DNA of 64,000 nucleotides from Octopus sinensis (Eukaryota), in assembly GCF_006345805.1 (NCBI RefSeq), contig NC_043002.1, positions 19,840,001 through 19,904,000 of the forward strand, in the 5' to 3' direction. Made by a program: the position numbers and the translations under genes. Of this stretch, positions 1 through 13,978 are shown in pieces. The notes beneath the pieces were generated by a model, which saw only the letters and a program-made list of their open reading frames with translations, ran no database searches and was not told the DNA's origin. Position 1 is the first letter of the stretch, and every line of letters begins with the position of its first letter.

Positions 1-456
1 ATTTCAGTCTCTCGTCATCTGGCATAAAATCTCCTCCCTCAATCTTACACACCCTTAGGGAGGTGGGGATCTCGTCTTGCGAGTTATCTGGTCCCCTCAC
101 TAGTGCTGGTGGTGTGTAAAATGTACCCAGCACACGCTGTAAAGTGTTTGGCTTTAGGAAGGGCATCCATCTGTAGAAACACTGCCAGATCAGACTGGAG
201 TCTGGTGCAGCCTCCTGGCTTCCCAGACCACAGTCGAACCGTCTAATCCATGCTAGCATGGAAAACGGACGTTAAACAATGATGATGGTGATGATATATA
301 TATATATAGATATATATATATATATGTGTATGTATGTATGTATGTATGTATGTATGTATAACATGTATATATGTGGGTGTATCAGTATGAATACATAATA
401 TATATATTTATATACAAATATATATTTACGCACACATGCACACACACATACACGCG

Positions 457-492
<36 letters not shown>

Positions 493-957
493 AACATTGA
501 AGTTTTATAATGATGTGAAAGTAAGAGAGAAGAAAAGAAATTAAGGTAGTTGTCATGAAAATTGAAGAAAAGTCTTAAAGTGCCATGTAAGTCGAATGAC
601 AGAAAAGATGATTGAATGAACGAAGCAAAGAAAAGGAAGAGAAAAGAGAGTGAGAGAGAGAGAGAGGAGAAATATACAGGTGTTTAATGCATGTGTATCA
701 CACAAACTAGTAGAAGTATAGGCAAAGGTAGATAGCCAGGCCAGATCTCCTTGGTAATAAGTGCACAAATATATTATAGTATTAACTAGGAAATATCTCA
801 ATGAATGAGTTATTCCTTGGTTTGTTCTGTAGAGAAGGAGATTCTGTGGTTGTGCCAGAGGATTCATTTACAAAGTGAAACTGGATGTATGTTTATTAAA
901 CATATGTAGTGAATGTATTCATTATATATATATATATATATATATATTTGTGTGTGT

Positions 958-993
<36 letters not shown>

Positions 994-1250
994 ATACAAA
1001 TAAGAAAATGGAGAAACAATTTAGTTGGTTCATCAGCTTTCAGATATTAGAATGTTGGTTTATTTATTCATTTAACAGAAATGAGAACCTTAATAGCATA
1101 CATATATACATTGTAATTCAATACATATAAGATAAGAATACAAGTATAAAAATTTAAAACATTTGTGTATTAAGAATTTGAGTATTATACCAACAGTATA
1201 TTGGATAAATATTATCCCTTAGTGGGTTGGATCCATAACCCCTAACTTGG

Positions 1251-1297
<47 letters not shown>

Positions 1298-1599
1298 GTG
1301 TGTGTGGGTGTGTGTAAAATATATTTTCATGAGTCAGGAAAAAAAGACAGGTACTTATATATTAGGTAATAGAGGTGGTATATTATCATTATTTCTCTTG
1401 ACAGCAAATTAATATTACTGAATAGTTTCATGCAAACTAAATATGCTTTTCCGTTTAGCTCTATCTGATGATTGCTAATTTTACTTCTCCATTGCTGGAA
1501 TAAAACCATTTGGTAGTAATAATTGGCTGTCACACACACTGCAGACTGATAAGCAATTGGACAATGACAGAATTGAGAGGACCCTGCAGTCTAATCTAG

Positions 1600-2200
1600 C
1601 TGAAGCTGTGATAACTTCTGTAAGATTGATGCCATGATACAATAGAAAGTGATTGGTATAAACTGAATGGTATTAGGATGAGAATTCAGTCATGAAAAGA
1701 AACATATCAAAACAGAATGTATGAGTGAAATGTGGCTCTCCAAGCCACTATGTAGGGTTGTAACACTAACTAGGAGTTGTTGTAGAAGCAATGAAAAAGT
1801 TAGAGTGAGCACAACTGCAGACTAGAGTTTGAAATCTATTGGACGACAAAGAGAGTTTTTGCCAATTGGCCATATGGTTTTCTTTTGGATGTAGTTTTGG
1901 ATTTCATGTGTAGTGCAGCAACACTATTCCACATATGTGAGAAGTACTCCAATTGTAGGTCTGACTTGACCTTTGTAGAGAGTCAGTAGCTGATCAAAGC
2001 TAATGTATTTTCTGGCTCTGAAAAGGAACACTAGCCTTTAGGGGCACAGTTTTTAGTGTTAAGTACTTGATGTCACTAGGAAAGATCATCTGATGGCCAA
2101 GTATCAATAACTGCTTTGAAGGTTTTATTTGCATATTGCTTTAGATAGGTTAAGAGCTCTTAAGTCCTACAGATTATATCTATGGATTTTAGCCAATACT
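1600..2200 (-). mobile_element. Highly decayed CR1/L2 LINE RT fragment
   Basis: YKGQVRPT / EYFSHMWNSV across a frameshift, similar to YKAQVRPxMEYCSHLW. Confidence 0.55.
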
Positions 2201-2329
2201 GTATATAAATGACATTTGTAACCATCTTGTCTTCATATACAATTAAGACTAAATTCCATTAACACAGCAGTAATTTTTTTATTCATCTAGCCATTAAGGA
2301 TGTGTTATGTCATACAAATGAGTATATTA

Positions 2330-2583
2330 TGTTCATGCCGGTGGCACGTAAAAAGCACCAACCAATCATAGCCGTTGCCAGCCTCGCCTGACACCGTGCT
2401 GGTGGAACGTAAAAAGCATCTCCTACACTCACAGAGTGGTTGGCGTTAGGAAGGGCATCCAGCTGTAGAAACACTGCCAGATCAGATTGGGCCTGGTGCA
2501 GCCTCCTGGCTTCCCAGACCCCAGTTGAACCGCCCAACCCATGCTAGCATGGGAAGCAGACGTTAAACGATGATGACGATGAT
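2330..2583 (+). mobile_element. (GAT)n-tailed RTE-type short repeat (family A); further copies at 1-294, 16060-16290 and 25541-25710 (minus)
   Basis: Shared end ccaacccatgctagcatgg...gacgttaaacgatgatga. Confidence 0.8.
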
Positions 2584-3739
2584 TGAGAATAGTTGTAGAG
2601 GTTACTCAGTTGCTGATAAAATTCCAACACAGTACTGAAACTAGCCTAGCTGAGAGTTCTTTTAATGTCTACAAAGAAACCCTATACAAAAACAAGCTTT
2701 CTTTAATATGGTATTGGCTAAAAACCTACTGATATATTCTAGAATATATAAAACAATAGAAGCAAAATACTGCTAATGCACCAAAATTCTAATATTAGAG
2801 AGGGTAGGGTACAAGATTGTTTTTGTAGTTGTTAAGCCCCAGGTTAGTCCAGATCAATCACAGTAATCCAGCTGTGACTGGAGTCTTCCACAGACTAATC
2901 TTTGTAGACCTACATTATACAAGATGGTAGAAGAAAAATAAAGGAGATTATCCCATGTGTCCTTTGAAAGGTCATGTTCAGTCATGAGTAACCTGGTTTA
3001 AATCATCTATTATATAAAATCTGTTCTGTGTGTGTGTGTCTTCTAGGATCTTGGGCATCCTCCATCCGATTGCGCTCAAATTTGATATGTAGATACCGAC
3101 AGTATCAGGGCATGTATAAGTTTTGAAAAAATTACAAAAATCGATTCCAGGCAAGAATGCGATTGATAAATCGTGGGAATGTGTATTTGTACATGCAAAT
3201 ACATCAGCTGTTGCAACTGATACTACGTGTATGCGAGAAAAATGCACGTGCAGTTTGCACAAAAAAAAACTGGCTGGCTTGAAATAATGCCACAAAATGG
3301 GACGGTCAGACAAGTTGCTTTGAGAAAATTTGGTTTAAATGTTTGACAACTCAGCACTGTCCATTGGACGGGGGTCATTTTGCTTGTAATAACACATGCA
3401 CAGTCAAGAGTGATTTCATGGAGTTTGACAGCTATTTCTAGTTGACCAACTGTTCATGTAAAGGTTCTTATATTGGCTCACTTTAATAACCATTTCTTAC
3501 ATTACCACTATGTATCACATTTATATAAAAGGAGTACAATAGATTTAATCAATCTCAGCATTGATCAGTACTTGTTGCTGCTGTTTAATAAGTACCAATC
3601 AGAATTCATAATTTTATGAGACTGCTGGGAAACAAAGTGCACTCATGTTATATGTACTCTGCTGCAATTATGAGGTTTTGATTTTATATGCTTCGGTTGA
3701 TGTACCAAGAGTCATTGTGATACATACATACATACATAC

Positions 3740-4375
3740 ATTGTTGGCACTCCATCAGTTACGATGACGATGATGAAGGCGGCGAGCTGGCAGAGTCGTT
3801 AGCACGCCGGGCGAAATGCGTAGCCGTATTTCGTCTGCTGTTACGTTCTGAGTTCAAATTCTGCTGAGGTCGACTTTGTCTTTCATCCTTTCAGGGTCGA
3901 TAAATTAAGTACCAGTTACGCACTGGGGTCAATGCAATCTACTTAATCCATTTGTCTGTCCTTGGTTGTCCCCTCTGTGTTTAGCCCCTTGTGGGTAGTA
4001 AAGAAAGAAGTTACGATGATGAGGGTTCGAGTTGATCCAATCAATGGAACACTCTGCTCGTGAAATTAACATGCAAGTGGCTGAGCACTCCACAGATATG
4101 TGTACCCTTAACGTAGTTCTCGGGGAGATTCAGCATGACACAGAGTGTGACAAGGCTGGCCCTTTGAAATACAGGTACAGCAGAAATAGAAAGAAAGAGT
4201 GAGAGAAAGTTGTGGTGAAAGAGTACAGCAGGGTTCGCCACCACCCCCTGCTGGAGCTTCATAGAGCTTTTTTTAGGTATTTTCGCTCAATAAACACTCA
4301 CAACGCCCGGTCTGCGAATTGAAACCACAATCCTACAATCGCAAGTCCGCTGCCCTAACCACTGGGCCATTGTGC
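3740..4375 (-). mobile_element. tRNA-headed SINE (family E) interrupted by a family B copy
   Basis: Head at about 4300-4372 matches the head of the copy at 54620-54688. Confidence 0.75.
3776..4006 (+). mobile_element. tRNA-headed CORE-type SINE (family B), full length
   Basis: Head aaggcggcgagctggcag, B box gagttcaaattc, CORE-like ctttcatcctttcagggtcgataaattaagtaccagt. Confidence 0.85.
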
Positions 4376-4447
4376 CCCCCCACACACACACACACACCCA
4401 CCCACCCACCCACCCATCCATCCATCCATCCATCCATCCATCCATCC

Positions 4448-4481
<34 letters not shown>

Positions 4482-5271
4482 ACATCATCATTATCATCAT
4501 CGTTTTAATGTCTGCTTCTTTGTTTGTATGGGTCATATTCACTGAGGCAGATTTTTCTAAAGCTGGATGCCTTCTCTGCTGCCAACCCTCACTCGTTTCC
4601 AAGCAAAATAGTACTTCTCCATGGTCAGATATGTTTTTCATGGAAGAGTGGAAACAAATGATATAACTTGTATGATGGAGCCACTTGTTTGCAATGATTA
4701 TGAGATGTCAAGACAGGGTCCCACACACACATCTATACATACATACATATATATGTATATATTTACAATCAGTTTCTTTTAGTTTCCAACCAACAAATCC
4801 ACATACAAAGCTTTAGTCAACATGAGGTTATAGTAGAAAACACTTACTCAAGGTACCACACAGTGGGATTGAAACTGAAACCCCATGTTTTTTAACCACA
4901 CAACAGATAACTCTAAGCTCTGGGAAAGTCATTAAAGGATTATGTGAAAGAAAAAAATTCCAACCCAAATCTATTTGATGTGATTTGAAGGACACACACA
5001 TGCACAAAAGCAAAAAATATGCAGCTAAACAACAAAATTTTTGACCTCATCACCTTAGTAAAAGCGAAAGTTAAACAACCACATTCTTTCACCTCAAGAG
5101 AGTTTCTCATAGTGTAAAATATCAGAGACTTAGGTGTAACTAAGCTGGAGTGCACACAGCAATAATGAAGTCAGTATGGCCCAGGGAATGTGTTTATGCA
5201 TCTTGAGAGCTTTCCAGTCAAGAGATCCTGAAGCCATCATCCTTCTCTATGTTCTCTAGGTCTCGCCTTAA

Positions 5272-5480
5272 CCCCTTCATTACCAACCCGGCTCTGGCTC
5301 TGAGTACAAATGTCTTGTTTTCAAAAGTTTTGAACAAAAATCTTCCACCAAACCTTTGTCACAATTTATGTTCTTAACACTAGCTGAATGATAACTAAGT
5401 TATTTTACAAATTCTTTGTTATATTGAAAGTAATTGAAAGAAGCACAGAGCATCTCAAAATATATAGAGTAACAAAAGGG
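5272..5480. mobile_element. piggyBac-like MITE, copy 1
   Basis: TTAA|cccc...aaggg|TTAA; similar to 27509-27730. Confidence 0.8.
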
Positions 5481-6185
5481 TTAAATACTGCTGTCCACTG
5501 TGGTCTCTCCTCATACAAAACAAAACATTATGAGAATTGAAGCACCAAGAGGTTGCTCACAAGAAAAAGGAAAGGCATGACATACATGCACACACACACA
5601 CAAATGAATGTGTATGTATACACACACACACACAAATACACAGGCACATATATGCACACATAGACACACATATAGGTCTGCATATATGTGTGTCTACATT
5701 TACAAACAGCTGTATAAAAAAATTCAAATATGATTCTACCAAGATGTATACATATCAGTGTTTATGTTTGTTTCCATATTCTTGTTCATGTGTACTTACA
5801 TACAACCTGCTTGACTTTTATTCATTCCTATAGATGAATGGGTCCCAATTTTATTTTTCTATTATTTGTAAAGCATTTTAGAGAAAATAAAAATATTTTG
5901 GTGCACTTAGTGCATAAAATCAAAACAGGTATTAAAAAAAAGATATTTATATATCTTAGCCTCTAAATATAAATAATTCAAACAGCAGGAAATTATTAAA
6001 TACTTAGGTCTTTAATCAATAAAGGAAACATAGTTAGAAATACTTTATATTTAGAATATTAGTTTGTGTTATTCATATTTTACAAATATAATTATTTTTA
6101 TTTTCACAGTGCACCTAGCTTCACCTTGCAGAGCATTGATGAGTCAAAGCACACAGCTTGAGAACTGATGTAGTAGATATATATC

Positions 6186-6588
6186 CTTTTATTCTTTTAC
6201 TTGTTTCAGTCATTTGACTCCGGCCATGCTGGACCACTGCCTTTAGTTCAGCAAATTAACCCCAGGACTTATTCTTGGTTAGCCCAGTACTTATTCTATC
6301 GGTCGCTTTTGCCGAACTGCTAAGTTATGGGGACATAAACACACCAACATCGATTGTCAAGCGATGGTGGTGGGGACAAACACAGATACACAAATATATG
6401 TATACACACACACACATATATTATGGGCTTCTTTCAGTTTTCTGTCTACCGAATCCACTCAGAATGCTTTGGTTGGCCCAAGGATATAGCAGAAAACACA
6501 CACTTGTCCAAGGTGCCACGCAGTGGGACTGAACCCGGAACCATGTCATTGGAAAGCAAGCTTCTTACCAGACAGCCACACCTGCGCC
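6186..6588 (-). mobile_element. tRNA-headed bipartite SINE (family C) with internal microsatellite
   Basis: Head ggcgcaggtgtggctg, B box gggttcagtccc, internal (TA/TG)n, tail ccagcatggcc...ctgaaacaagtaaaag. Confidence 0.85.
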
Positions 6589-6590
6589 TA

Positions 6591-6758
6591 TGTTACATTC
6601 TGGGTTCAAATTCCACCGAGGTCAACTTTGCCTTTCATCCTTTCGAGGTCAATAAATTAAGTACCAGTTACGCACTGGAGTCGATGTAATCGACTTAATT
6701 CGTTTGTCTGTTCTTGTTTGTCCCCTCTATGTTTAGCCCCTTGTGGGTAATAAAGAAA
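6591..6758 (+). mobile_element. SINE family B, headless
   Basis: B box, CORE and tail only. Confidence 0.8.
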
Positions 6759-8490
6759 CATGTATGTATATATATATATAATTATGTACTATTTGTACAT
6801 TATCATTATCACCATCTATGCTTTAGTGCTCACTTTTCCATGCTTGCATGAGTCAGGCAGAATTTGTTGAGGCAGATTTTCCATGACTTGATGAGTTTCC
6901 TACTACTAACCTTCACTTGTTTTCAAGCAAGATTATAATATTTCCTCATGGCCAGACATGATTTTTCAGATTTGAAATGAACAATGCTTATTTACAATCA
7001 CCATGTCACATCAAGATAAGGAAACACATCACATACAACTACACCATTATCTCTTATACTTACTTCCAGACGAAGAAACACTCTGGTACATGCATCCACA
7101 CATCCACCTCTTACTTCCTTCTGGGTACCCTTTTCTAACACTACAGACTTTTAACAGAGTGTGCTAGGTGCTTTTCTCGTGGCACCAGTACACGTAAGGT
7201 GTCATATCCTCAACAAGACTTAAAAAGGGCCCTCACAACCTCACACTCTACAGAATGGACCAGGTACATTTCCATAACAACAGCATTAGAGACATAGATA
7301 TGTCCTTGACAAATTAAAGGTATATCCCAACACCACATCTCTGCTTCTTTGCCAGCCTCTTTTCAGAGTAAGAAGCCTAAATGATGAAGAAATGAATGGT
7401 AATGATGAGAGGAATGTACAATAGGAGCAGCATTGCTTTAAGGTTTACTTTTGCCTGTTTGCTTGGGTCAGACAGAATCCAGTGAGATAGATTTGCTGGA
7501 TGCTCTTCTTGTTGCCAACCCTCACCTGCTTCTAAGCAGGTAGTATTGTCCCTTAGTCTAGACAAGTATTTTTATGGAAGACACAAACAACCAGCATTGC
7601 TTGTGTGACAGTGATATTAGTTTGCAATTAGTATGTGGTGTCAAGACAAGAAGACAACCCCACCCATAAACACACATATATATACATATCTGTATGTGGT
7701 TCTGGTGCTGCAGGTTGTGGTAGCAGCAGAGGCAGTGGCAGCGACAACAACAGCAGCCGTTCAAGAATTTGGACCTGGAGATCCCCGTTTCCAGTCACTT
7801 CGAGGGCCACCTCCCAGTGGTGTTGGGCATCAACGAAGAGCCCTCGACTACAAGACGACCAAAGTTTTTTTTTTTTTTCCAAGGTCTGGGGTCTCCCACT
7901 TCTAAGCCCTAGACCATCACCTAATCACCCTTATCCGTCTTGTTGCTTAACAACAACAACACCAACAACAATAACAGCAATGATGACAACAATGATAATG
8001 ATGGTGATGACGATGATGACATCTGATAGTGATATGATCTTTGGCTGATAATTAACTTCAATAATGCCTACCACCTACCTTGAATATTTATTGACAATAG
8101 ATGCTTGAAATACACTGAAAAAAAATCAAAGAAATAGCTGTCTTTTGCACACAAGATATCCAGTTTTGCTGAGTACACCAGTTTATGCTGAGATGTGCAG
8201 CAGTCCATGGCAACACCCTTGACTAAATTGCTAGTGGGAAAATGGATGATTAAATCTTCTTAGGAGGCTAATGTTTAATTGCCCATGTCAGCAGAAATTA
8301 AAAATCCAATTATTGACTTCTGGTCATCCATACTTTTATACTCACCAGCATTCTCACTCCCTTCTTCTTTCTCTCTCTATTTCTTCCTCCTTTTCTCTTA
8401 CTCTTTCAATCTATCTTCTCATCCACTTGAAAGCCAGTTTGTCTAGCAATATCTGTATATCTGCATTTATCAATTTCTCAACATTTTTAC

Positions 8491-8531
<41 letters not shown>

Positions 8532-8563
8532 CTATCATCTTTCTCTCTATATATATGTAGGCA

Positions 8564-8730
8564 TAGGCCTGGACGTGTGGTAAGAAGTTTGCTTCCCAAC
8601 CACATGGTTCCAAGTTCAGTCCCATTGCATGGCACCATGGGCAAGAGTTTTCTCCTATAATCTCAAGCTGACCAAAGTCTTGTGAGTAGATTTGGTGGGT
8701 GGAAACCGAAAGACACCCACTGTACAATCT
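8564..8730 (+). mobile_element. SINE family C head (other partial copies at about 4760-4893, 10445-10655, 20530-20660 and 25059-25227)
   Basis: Shared head or tail motifs. Confidence 0.75.
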
Positions 8731-8755
8731 ATTCACCAATATGTCATCTCCCCCA

Positions 8756-8963
8756 AAGGCGGCGAGCTGGCAGAAACGTTAATGGGTGAAATGCTTAGTG
8801 GTTTTCCGTCTGTTTTTACGTTCTGTGTTCAAATTCTACTGAGGTTGACTTTGCCTTTCATTCTTTCGGAGGTCAATAAATTGTCAGTTGCATACTAGGG
8901 TCGATCTAATTGACTGGCCCCTTCCCCAAAATTTCGGGCCTTGTGCCTGGAGTAGGAAAGAAT
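8756..8963 (+). mobile_element. SINE family B, alternative-tail variant (partial duplicate at about 9146-9230)
   Basis: Same head and CORE; tail ggccccttccccaaaatttcgggccttgtgcc. Confidence 0.8.
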
Positions 8964-9889
8964 ATGTCATCTCCCTTTCTCTCATCATTCCCCTGTCTAC
9001 TGAATTATTATTTGTTGTTCTTCACCCCTTTTCAAACTGTCATCATCTGTATCCCTGCCTTCCCCAAACTCATATGTATCATCAATCACCCCTTCAACTT
9101 GTCTACCATTCACTACATCCATCCCTTTAATCTGTTCAATCTCCTTTCATCCTTTCGGGAGTTGATAAATTAAGTATCAGTTGCATACTGGGGTTGATCT
9201 AATTGACTGGCCCCTTCCCCTAAAATTTCTCTTTACATTCATTCTTCCCCGAGGGTCCACTCTGAACACCTCATAACCGCTATTTTATTTTCCTTTCCAG
9301 TTTCACCCAAGTGATTCCAGTCTTCTCTTCTGAAATGTGAGTAACCATGCAGTTTCTACACAGCAAATAACCTGTTCTGTTCTGGCCCCTTCTTTAATAC
9401 TTTAACCTCTCACCTCCTAGTATAAAGTTGCCTCCCTCTCTACTGTAACTCATTACCTTGAAGGGGATCTTAGTTTTGAGGGCTACATGGCAACCTTACT
9501 AGTATTGGTACCATGAAAAGTAAAAGCATCCAGTATACTCTGTAAAGTGGTTGCATAAGGAAGGACATTCAACCACAGAAACCATGCTAAAGCAGGCATT
9601 GCCTGCAAAGATACAACCCATGCAGGCAGGGAAGGGGGACACTAAAGCACGATGACAATGATAATGATGACATGTGTGTTGTGTGTGTGTGTGTGTGCAT
9701 TTGTGTCTGTGTGAGTGTGTGCACGTGTGCATCTGTGTCTGTGTGAGTGTGTGCATCTGTGTGTATGTGTATTTATATAGTATAATATATATATTTATAG
9801 GGGTGTCATCATTCCACTTTTCTCCTCCTTTGTACAGCCACATCTTGAATACTGATGCCCCTTGTGGTCTTCCCATACAAAACAAAACA

Positions 9890-10340
9890 TCTCGAAAATT
9901 GAATCATCCCAGAGGGCACTCACTAAACGAATTGAAGGCATGACTAATCTCGAGTACTGGGACCGCCTTAAGCCTTGAACTCTATTCTCTCCATCACCGC
10001 TGCGAGTGGTACATCATTTGTACGATGTGGAGATTATACCGCCAGCATTGCCCAAATGACCTGAACATTAGTTTCAAGGTTCATCCAAGGCTGGGACCAT
10101 GGGCTATACGTCCCCTGCCCAATTCAGGATCATAACATATAGGTACACTGCAACACAATTTCTTTTCCTCAATAGGCCCTGCTCTGTTTAACATTGTCCC
10201 AAAACTGATCAAAGAGGAAAAGGATCCCATCACCTTTAGATGGATTCAGGACAGATTTCTTCATGGAAAACCAGACAAGCCACACATACCTGGATACAAC
10301 TCAATAAGAACTCACTACTTGAATGGACCATAAACAAAAC
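9890..10340 (+). mobile_element. CR1/L2-group LINE C-terminal fragment, decayed
   Basis: YWDRLK, HRCEWYII, GPALFNIVPK, DRFLHGKPDKPHIPGY. Confidence 0.75.
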
Positions 10341-10717
10341 TTGACTTAAAAAGGATTTAGATAATCCTATCAGGTGGTGCTATTAAGTTAGACATGGCCT
10401 TGACCAATCTTTGGTCGAAACATATCTAAGTTTTATATATAAATATGTGTATTTGTGTGTCTGTGTTTGTCCCCCCACCATCGCTTGACAACTAATGTTG
10501 GTGTGTTTATGTCCCTGTACCTTAGCTGTTCAGCAAAAGAGACCAATAGAATAAGTACTAGGCTTACAAAGAATAAGTCTTGGGATTGATTTGTTCAACT
10601 AGAGGTGGTGCCAGTATGGCCACAGTCAATTGACTGAAACAAGTAAAAGAATATATATGTGTATGTGTGTGTGTGTTTGTGTGTATACATACACACAAAC
10701 ACACACACACACACACA

Positions 10718-10757
<40 letters not shown>

Positions 10758-11039
10758 AAATGAAACAATAAAGCTGAAAAAATTCAGGGAAACCACTTTA
10801 TATTTATCTTACAAATTTTTCAAAAATAACCACACACACACACACACATATCTTGCTACCCGCCCACCTATACAATTAACTTTCTAGCTACATACATACT
10901 AGCTTACCCTCCCACCACCCTACCTATCTAGTAAGCTACCCATCTAACCACTTACCTACCTCTGTCTATTTATTCATTCAGACATTAATCTATACATTGA
11001 TATTTATCAATCCATTTATCAATATCTATCAATTTAACT

Positions 11040-11237
11040 GTTTATCTGTCTGCCTGCCTGTCTGTCTGTTTGTCTGTCTATCTATCTATCTGTCTGCCTG
11101 TCTGTCTGTCTGTCTGTCTGTCTAACTGTCCCTCTATCTATCTCTCTATCTATCTCTCTATCAATCTATCTATCTATCTTCTAACTGTCCCTCTATCTAT
11201 CTGTCTATCTATCTATCTATCTCTCTATTTATCTATA

Positions 11238-11310
<73 letters not shown>

Positions 11311-11410
11311 TTATCTATATGTCTGTCTGTCTGTCCATTCATCCACCCATCCACCCATCCATCCATCCATCCATCCATCTATTTTTCTATCTGTCTGTCT
11401 GTCTGTCTGT
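11040..11410. repeat. Compound (TCTA)/(TCTG)/(TCCA) microsatellite
   Basis: Direct reading; similar tracts at 4395-4480, 33060-33135, 33385-33505 and 46610-46770. Confidence 0.95.
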
Positions 11411-11509
11411 CAACTTGCTCCTCTGACTAAGATGCACATGTGAATAGAAGCAGCACCCGGTGCACAGTTCATTTAACTTAGCTCATATAGGAATAGTAGA
11501 GAAAAGCTC

Positions 11510-13900
11510 ATTATCATCATCACCACTACCACCACCACCACCACCACTACCCCCCCCCCCGTACTATCATCCCTGCCAGCATCATCTTATCACTAACCTG
11601 AACTTTGTCATCATCATCATCATCAACATAACCACCATCATCATCGTCATCATCAATATCCTAATTAGTGTTACCAACATCATTTTGATGATCACGAACA
11701 GCACCACCATCGTCATCATCATCATCATTATCATTATCATCGTTGCTGTCGTCATCACTTTTGTCATCATCATCACCATCACTGTGATCACTGTGATCAT
11801 CGCCATCATCATCATCATCAGCATCATCCTTATGATTATCGTCGCTGTCATCGTGACCAACTGCCACCGCCTCCGCCACCATCACCATATGGCTACATCA
11901 TTTACATGAATGAGAATCTGAGAATGAACTGAATGAATGAAAGACTGAAAGAATCATAGAACGAATGATTAATTGAATACCTATACCTATGTTCATTTCA
12001 TTGTTAACGAACCTCCTACAGTAATAGTAGTAGTGGTGGTGGTGGTGGTAGTAGTAGTAATAGTAGCTGCAGTAGTGGAAGTGGTGGTAACTGCATTAGT
12101 AGGAGAGGTGGTTGTTGTGGTGGTGGTTGTAACAGTACTGGTTGTTATAGTAGTGTTGCTTGTTTTGCGGTAGTAGTGATGGTCGTAGTGTTGCTAGTTA
12201 TTAACAGTATTGGTAGATGTAGTAGAGGTAGTAGTAATGCCAGTTATAGTAATTCCTTTCTATTATAAGCACAAGGCCTTAAAATTCGGGAGATGGGGGC
12301 CAGTCCATCAGATCGACCCCAGTATGCAACTGGTTCGGTTTATTGACCCCCAACAGATGAAAAACAAAGTCAACCTCGGTGGAATTTGAACTCATAACGT
12401 AGTGGCAGGCGAAATACCGCCAAGCATTTCGCCCGGCATGCTAACAATTCTGCCAGTTCACTGCCTTAATTATAGTAATTGTGGTGGTTGTTATAGAGAT
12501 AGTTTTAGTAGTAACAGCAGTGGTGGTTGTGGTGGTAGTTATAATGGTGGTTAAGAGGTGACAGAAGCGGAGGAGACAGTATTAGTTTGCTGATCATAGA
12601 TAGATTAGAAGTTATTGTAGCTACTGTGGCTGGTGTTGTTTAGCCCCAGGTCAACCTCATCAAACAGATCAAAAGCATTCCAACCATGATCCTCCTGTTA
12701 TTTTTCTATGTGTAAGGAACTCAGAATCACATTATCCAGCATGTCTGTTCTTTTTTGGGTTTTTTTAACAACAGTAAGCTGCTACTTCTAACGAGTCAAG
12801 CAACCATATAGAGGCTCCTTCGTTAGCTTATTACTGAAATACTATTTTAGTAACCACCATTGCCACTGATAAAAAAAAAAAGACACTTTCCCCACCACCA
12901 TTGCCAATACCAGTTTAATCACTGTAATGATTGAGGTGTTTGTGGTGGTGGTGGTGTTTTTGTGGTTGTTGGTGGTGGTGAATGTTGCGGTGGTGAAGTT
13001 TTTGGTAGTGGTGTTGGTGGTGATGGTGCTTGCTGGTAATGAAGGACAGTAAAATGGATTTACACAAACAACTTGATAACTTGACAGACCATACAATATC
13101 TACTCTTCAACTACCACCACTACCACCACCACAACAACAACAACAAGAACAACAACCATCACCTTCCCCACTAACACCAACACTCCCAGTACTCAACTAC
13201 TTTTAGATCACAGTCATTGTTACAACACTACTATAAGCGCCACTACTACAACAACCTTAACAACTACAAGTACTAGTTAACGAGACTAGTCACTATTAGT
13301 TACAAGTCATCATTGTATTACAATAATATCATACACAAACTACGAGTAAATACTGTCACCACAGCTACCATTAATCACAGCCCCAAACCACCATACCATC
13401 AATTTATGGTGATTAATTTATTCGACAACAACAGGCCCCCATTTTCTATCAACCACCATTGAAGTAGGTACCACTACAAACTGTACTACAAATGCTACCA
13501 GTTTTTGTCAAACATCACCATCACTGCAATCACTACTGTCGTTTTGAAAAACCATAATCAAAACCACTAGCACAACAGCCAATACCATCATTACCACCCT
13601 CACCACCACCACCACTACCACCACCACCACCAACACCATCATCATCATCAGCATCAACAACATCAAATGAATGCAGTCACTTCTACTGTTATAACTTATA
13701 CCGAAATACTGCTACCACTACCAGAAAAACAACCGAACCGCCACCATCGGAAAGAACCACTACAAACAGCACTAACACAGTCATCACCACCATTGCCATA
13801 ACCACTACCATCCTTACAACCGCCACCATCACTACCACCAATACCACTACCACTATGAATGCCACCATTACTACACCCGCTATTAATACCACAATCACAA
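11510..13900. repeat. Degenerate trinucleotide low-complexity blocks ((CAT)n, (GTA/GTG)n, (ACC/ACT)n) with SINE inserts
   Basis: Direct reading; similar blocks at 31385-31530 and 31920-32270. Confidence 0.85.
12255..12468 (-). mobile_element. SINE family B, alternative tail
   Basis: Reverse complement of the 8756 type. Confidence 0.8.
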
Positions 13901-13978
13901 TAGAAGATGAATGAACTAAATTATGTGAATGGACGATCAATTGAACGAATCAATGGACAGAGTGAAAGCAAACGAAGC

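Noticed and set aside
9280-9342. Plus-strand 36-nt mini-exon (polypyrimidine-AG ... GTGAGT)
   Set aside because: It is antisense to the only gene, lies in decayed repeat-like sequence and has no partner exons.
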